From positions 11,041 through 75,040 of the forward strand of contig CAYOUG010000002.1 of NCBI GenBank assembly GCA_964407105.1: DNA of 64,000 nt, written 5' to 3'. Under the pieces are notes generated by a model, which was not told where the DNA came from, searched no databases, and saw only the letters and a program-made list of their open reading frames with translations. A program made the position numbers and the translations under genes. This document shows, one piece after another, positions 59,208 through 64,000 of this stretch. The first letter of the stretch is position 1; each line of letters starts with the position of its first letter. Source of the stretch: an uncultured Candidatus Saccharibacteria bacterium (GTDB taxonomy: Bacteria > Patescibacteriota > Minisyncoccia > Phycocordibacterales > CALRHW01).

Positions 59208-60952
59208 AAATCTCTTTTTCGGAGACGAACGCTTATTGGAGTAATTTCAATATAATCATCTTCTGCCATAATTTCCATAGCGCGTTCTATGGTGAGTTTA
59301 AAAGGAGGAACAAGAAAAATTCCTTCATCAGACCCAGATGCACGCATGTTGGTAAGCTGTTTTCCTTTTGTTGGGTTTACATACATTGTGTCGCCCTTGG
59401 TGACGTTGCCTACGATCATTCCTTCATACACCTCTACAGTAGGTTCTATATATAGAACACCACGCTCTTGGAGATTCCAAAGTGAAAAGGCGAGCGCTTT
59501 TCCAGCAGTCATAGATATCATTGATCCATATGTTTGCTTTTTTATTTCACCTACATGTGGTTTAAATTCTGTAAATCGGCTTGAAATAATTCCTTCGCCC
59601 TTTGTGTCGATGATAAATTGTCCGCGATAGCCGAGAAGGCCACGTGTTGGAATTTCAAATGTCATGCGTTGATGACCTTGCTCCTGCTTCATGTTGGTGA
59701 GAATTCCTTTTCGTTCGCCGAGTTTGGCAATTACAGATCCGGCCGCTGTATCTGGGACATCCACAATCACTTCTTCAAAAGGTTCGTATGTGACGCCTTC
59801 AATTTCTTTTAAAATTACATTTGGTTGAGAGACCTGTAGCTCAAAACCTTCACGGCGCATATTTTCGAGAAGAATTGCAATGTGAAGTTCTCCGCGACCA
59901 TAAACGATATAATGTTCACCATCTTCAAAATTAATTTTTAAACCAACATTTATCTCAAGTTCTTTTTCTAGACGCTCACGAATTTGGCGACCAGTAACAT
60001 ATTTTCCTTCGCGTCCAGCGAAAGGAGAATTATTTACTAGAAAATTTAGAGAAATTGTGGGTTCGTCGATTTTAATAGCAGGAAGAGCTTCTTGTTCAAC
60101 GTTATTACAAATTGTTTCTCCGATATATATTTCTGGAAGACCAGCGATCATTACGATATCACCAGCAATAGCTTCTATAAGTTCTTTTTTTGCAATACCT
60201 TCAAATGTGAAAATTTTTGTGAGTTTACCGGTGTATGATGTGCCATCAGGACGTTTTACCACCACAGGTTCTCCAACCTTTATTTTTCCTTCATAAATAC
60301 GACACACTGCAAGACGACCAAGAAAATTATCGTAGCCCAGATTAAATGTTTGCATGCGAAGTGGTGCATCAATATCACTTGGTGCTGGAGGCACTTCTTT
60401 TAAAATGGTATCAAGAAGGGGGGTTAAATCTTTTGATTCATCTTCAAGATTAATTTTTGCAATACCGTCGCGACCAATAGCGTATACAGTTTTAAAATCC
60501 ATTTGCGCATCATGTCCACCAAGATCAAAAAACAATTCAAGCACCTCGTCTATTACTTCTTTTGGTCGAGCAGCTGGCTTGTCTATTTTATTGATAACAA
60601 CGATTGGTTTTAGTCCGAGTTCGAGAGATTTTTTAAGTACAAAACGAGTCTGTGGCATTGGACCTTCTTGGGCATCTACCACTAAAAGTACGGTATCTAT
60701 AGAACGAAGTACACGCTCCACCTCTGAACCGAAGTCGCTGTGGCCCGGAGTATCTACGATATTAATTTTTGTGCCCTTGTAAAAAACAGAGGTATTTTTT
60801 GCATAAATAGTAATACCCCGCTCTTGTTCCAGAGCATTTGAATCCATAGTAACTCCCTCTACTCCAACACCCGTTTGTTTCATAAGAGCGTCGGTTAGGG
60901 TTGTTTTGCCATGATCCACGTGGGCTATAATTGCGATATTGCGAATTTCCAT
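59198..60952 (-). CDS. typA: translational GTPase TypA/BipA
   Basis: MEIRNIAIIAHVDHGKTTLTDALM is an EF-G-like G domain. The 584-aa length fits BipA. Confidence 0.9.
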   Translation of the reverse strand: MEIRNIAIIAHVDHGKTTLTDALMKQTGVGVEGVTMDSNALEQERGITIYAKNTSVFYKGTKINIVDTPGHSDFGSEVERVLRSIDTVLLVVDAQEGPMPQTRFVLKKSLELGLKPIVVINKIDKPAARPKEVIDEVLELFFDLGGHDAQMDFKTVYAIGRDGIAKINLEDESKDLTPLLDTILKEVPPAPSDIDAPLRMQTFNLGYDNFLGRLAVCRIYEGKIKVGEPVVVKRPDGTSYTGKLTKIFTFEGIAKKELIEAIAGDIVMIAGLPEIYIGETICNNVEQEALPAIKIDEPTISLNFLVNNSPFAGREGKYVTGRQIRERLEKELEINVGLKINFEDGEHYIVYGRGELHIAILLENMRREGFELQVSQPNVILKEIEGVTYEPFEEVIVDVPDTAAGSVIAKLGERKGILTNMKQEQGHQRMTFEIPTRGLLGYRGQFIIDTKGEGIISSRFTEFKPHVGEIKKQTYGSMISMTAGKALAFSLWNLQERGVLYIEPTVEVYEGMIVGNVTKGDTMYVNPTKGKQLTNMRASGSDEGIFLVPPFKLTIERAMEIMAEDDYIEITPISVRLRKRDLKK

Positions 60953-61071
60953 AAAAGTCTGCGATGTATTAAATAGTGAGTGTTAATTAAAGCAATAAAA
61001 GGGCTTAGTGTCAACGATATATGTGCAAAAGAGCTTTGTTCGTGTTTGTTTCGCATGATACTATATATGTA

Positions 61072-61309
61072 ATGAAAAATACCTTTGATCTTGTTTCTGG
61101 TTTCTCGATAAAGTTTTCATCAGGTATGCTTTGGGGACTTTTGGTTCTTATTTTTGCAATTTTCTGTCTTGCAAGTTCTGTTTTGGTGTTTCATTGGCAG
61201 AAATATGGAATGGGGAATCGCAGAATTGTTTTGGCACAGATAATATATTTTATAGTATCTGGAGTTATTATGTTTTTTATATTTTCATCAGCAATAGCAA
61301 TTATTTACC

Positions 61310-61323
<14 letters not shown>
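61072..61323 (+). CDS. small two-transmembrane membrane protein (83 aa)
   Basis: MKNTFDLVSGFSIKFSSGMLWGLLVLIFAIFCLASS... It overlaps the next gene by 14 nt. Confidence 0.4.
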
Positions 61324-63210
<1,887 letters not shown>

Positions 63211-63278
63211 GCTTTTTTTAAGTAGATAATGTATAAGGCGTCCTTTCTTTTCTTTCTCTAGCATCTGAGGTGGTGCGC

Positions 63279-63980
63279 ATGAAACGAAGATTTGATAGAC
63301 GGGCTTTGATCATAGACGGAAGACCTGATTGCGGTAAATCAATGCAAGCACAACTTTTGGCTGAATATGCCAGAGATCGTGGTCTTGGGGTTGTGACGGT
63401 TTCGGTTGGAGAAATTGTTCGCAGGGTGGAAGCTGGTGATACAACAGATTCCCCCTGGGATGATTTTGTCAGAGATGTTGCTCCTGAAGTGAAAAAGGAG
63501 CTTCATCTTTGGGTTGCAGGAGAGCCCCTAACAGACAGGCTGGTAAAGGAAATTGCTGGCGGTCTGTTTGATCGGATTCCTCAAGATTTGGACCCCGATC
63601 TATTTATTCTTGACGGGTTTCCCAATTCGTCACCACAAGTACAAACGGCGTGTGTCATGCTTGCTAACGTCGGTGTGGCGATAAACTTGAATGCTTATGT
63701 GGTACGAATTTACGCTAGACGTGAAGACTGTGTCGCGTGTCGCCAAGAGCGTTTACGTACACAAAATTCGCATCACAGCAGTTTAGCTGAGGGGACTCAT
63801 CGCTGTCACGATGTGTACGATCGCAACCGGGATTCTATGTGGGATTCGCTCTCAAGGTTGGTTGCTCGTGCATATCGAGTTTCGAGTTCGGAAGAAGATT
63901 CTCAAGCTACACACAACAGAATTGTCTCATTTCTTCCACGTGGTCTGTTTAGGCCGCGTGCCGACATGATTGCAAGCTAG
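63279..63980 (+). CDS. GC-rich divergent adenylate-kinase-like P-loop protein
   Basis: GAGGTGG sits before the ATG at 63279. IIDGRPDCGKSMQAQLLAEYARDRGLGVVTVSVGEIVR resembles the AK motif G-PG-GKGTQA....S.GD.LR. DGFPNSSPQVQ resembles DGFPRT, and the Cys-rich lid is C..C...C/H. Confidence 0.5.
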   Translation: MKRRFDRRALIIDGRPDCGKSMQAQLLAEYARDRGLGVVTVSVGEIVRRVEAGDTTDSPWDDFVRDVAPEVKKELHLWVAGEPLTDRLVKEIAGGLFDRIPQDLDPDLFILDGFPNSSPQVQTACVMLANVGVAINLNAYVVRIYARREDCVACRQERLRTQNSHHSSLAEGTHRCHDVYDRNRDSMWDSLSRLVARAYRVSSSEEDSQATHNRIVSFLPRGLFRPRADMIAS

Positions 63981-64000
63981 TTGGAGGGTGAGTACAAACA

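Overview
This 64 kb window comes from a compact, low-GC (about 38-40%) bacterial genome. Genes are densely packed and use the standard genetic code, since the long core genes contain no in-frame TGA. Several traits suggest a reduced Patescibacteria/CPR-like lineage, but this is an inference: IF-2 is short (513 aa), the SMC-like protein is short (751 aa), rpsP carries an Ala/Pro/Thr-rich tail, rpoD has a lysine-rich N-terminus, and there is a tandem family of two-helix VirB2/TrbC-type pilin-like proteins. The housekeeping backbone I can read directly is: rpsA (partial), gyrA, rbfA-infB, clpB, thrS, dnaE, rnhB, rpmF, nusB(-Nudix)-rnc-smc, rnr, rpsP-KH-trmD, rpoB-rpoC-dnaG-rpoD-sigma paralog, a UvrD/RecB-like helicase-nuclease, dsbA-like, uppP, hisS, truB, typA, eno, and four tRNAs in a minus-strand cluster (Leu-TAG, Lys-CTT, Leu-TAA, Cys-GCA). 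Seven items stand out. (1) A 58-nt GC-rich conserved core occurs three times, each embedded in a different perfect AT-rich inverted repeat and always just 3' of a gene, with compensatory base changes in an internal hairpin; it looks like a novel structured RNA or hairpin-targeting mini-element family. (2) Six tandem pilin-like paralogs (7224-9552) face a convergent GC-rich islet of two membrane proteins (9715-12455), one of them SPFH/band-7; each islet gene has its own near-identical promoter module and its own terminator, and the islet sits next to the tRNA cluster. (3) An HNH endonuclease gene sits inside the tRNA cluster and overlaps the 5' half of tRNA-Leu(TAA). (4) Short GC-rich patches (about 48-53% GC), each holding one hypothetical gene, recur through the window. 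Two of them are paralogous secreted proteins. One paralog is frameshifted at a homopolymer and lies inside the rpsP-KH-trmD operon where rimM is missing. (5) NusB is fused to a Nudix-fold domain with a degenerate Nudix box. (6) A 470-nt non-coding GC-enriched region between truB and typA has internal direct repeats and hairpins and ends in a terminator. (7) Several intrinsic terminators have unusually long AT-rich stems and large loops. No CRISPR array, reverse transcriptase or integrase is visible.
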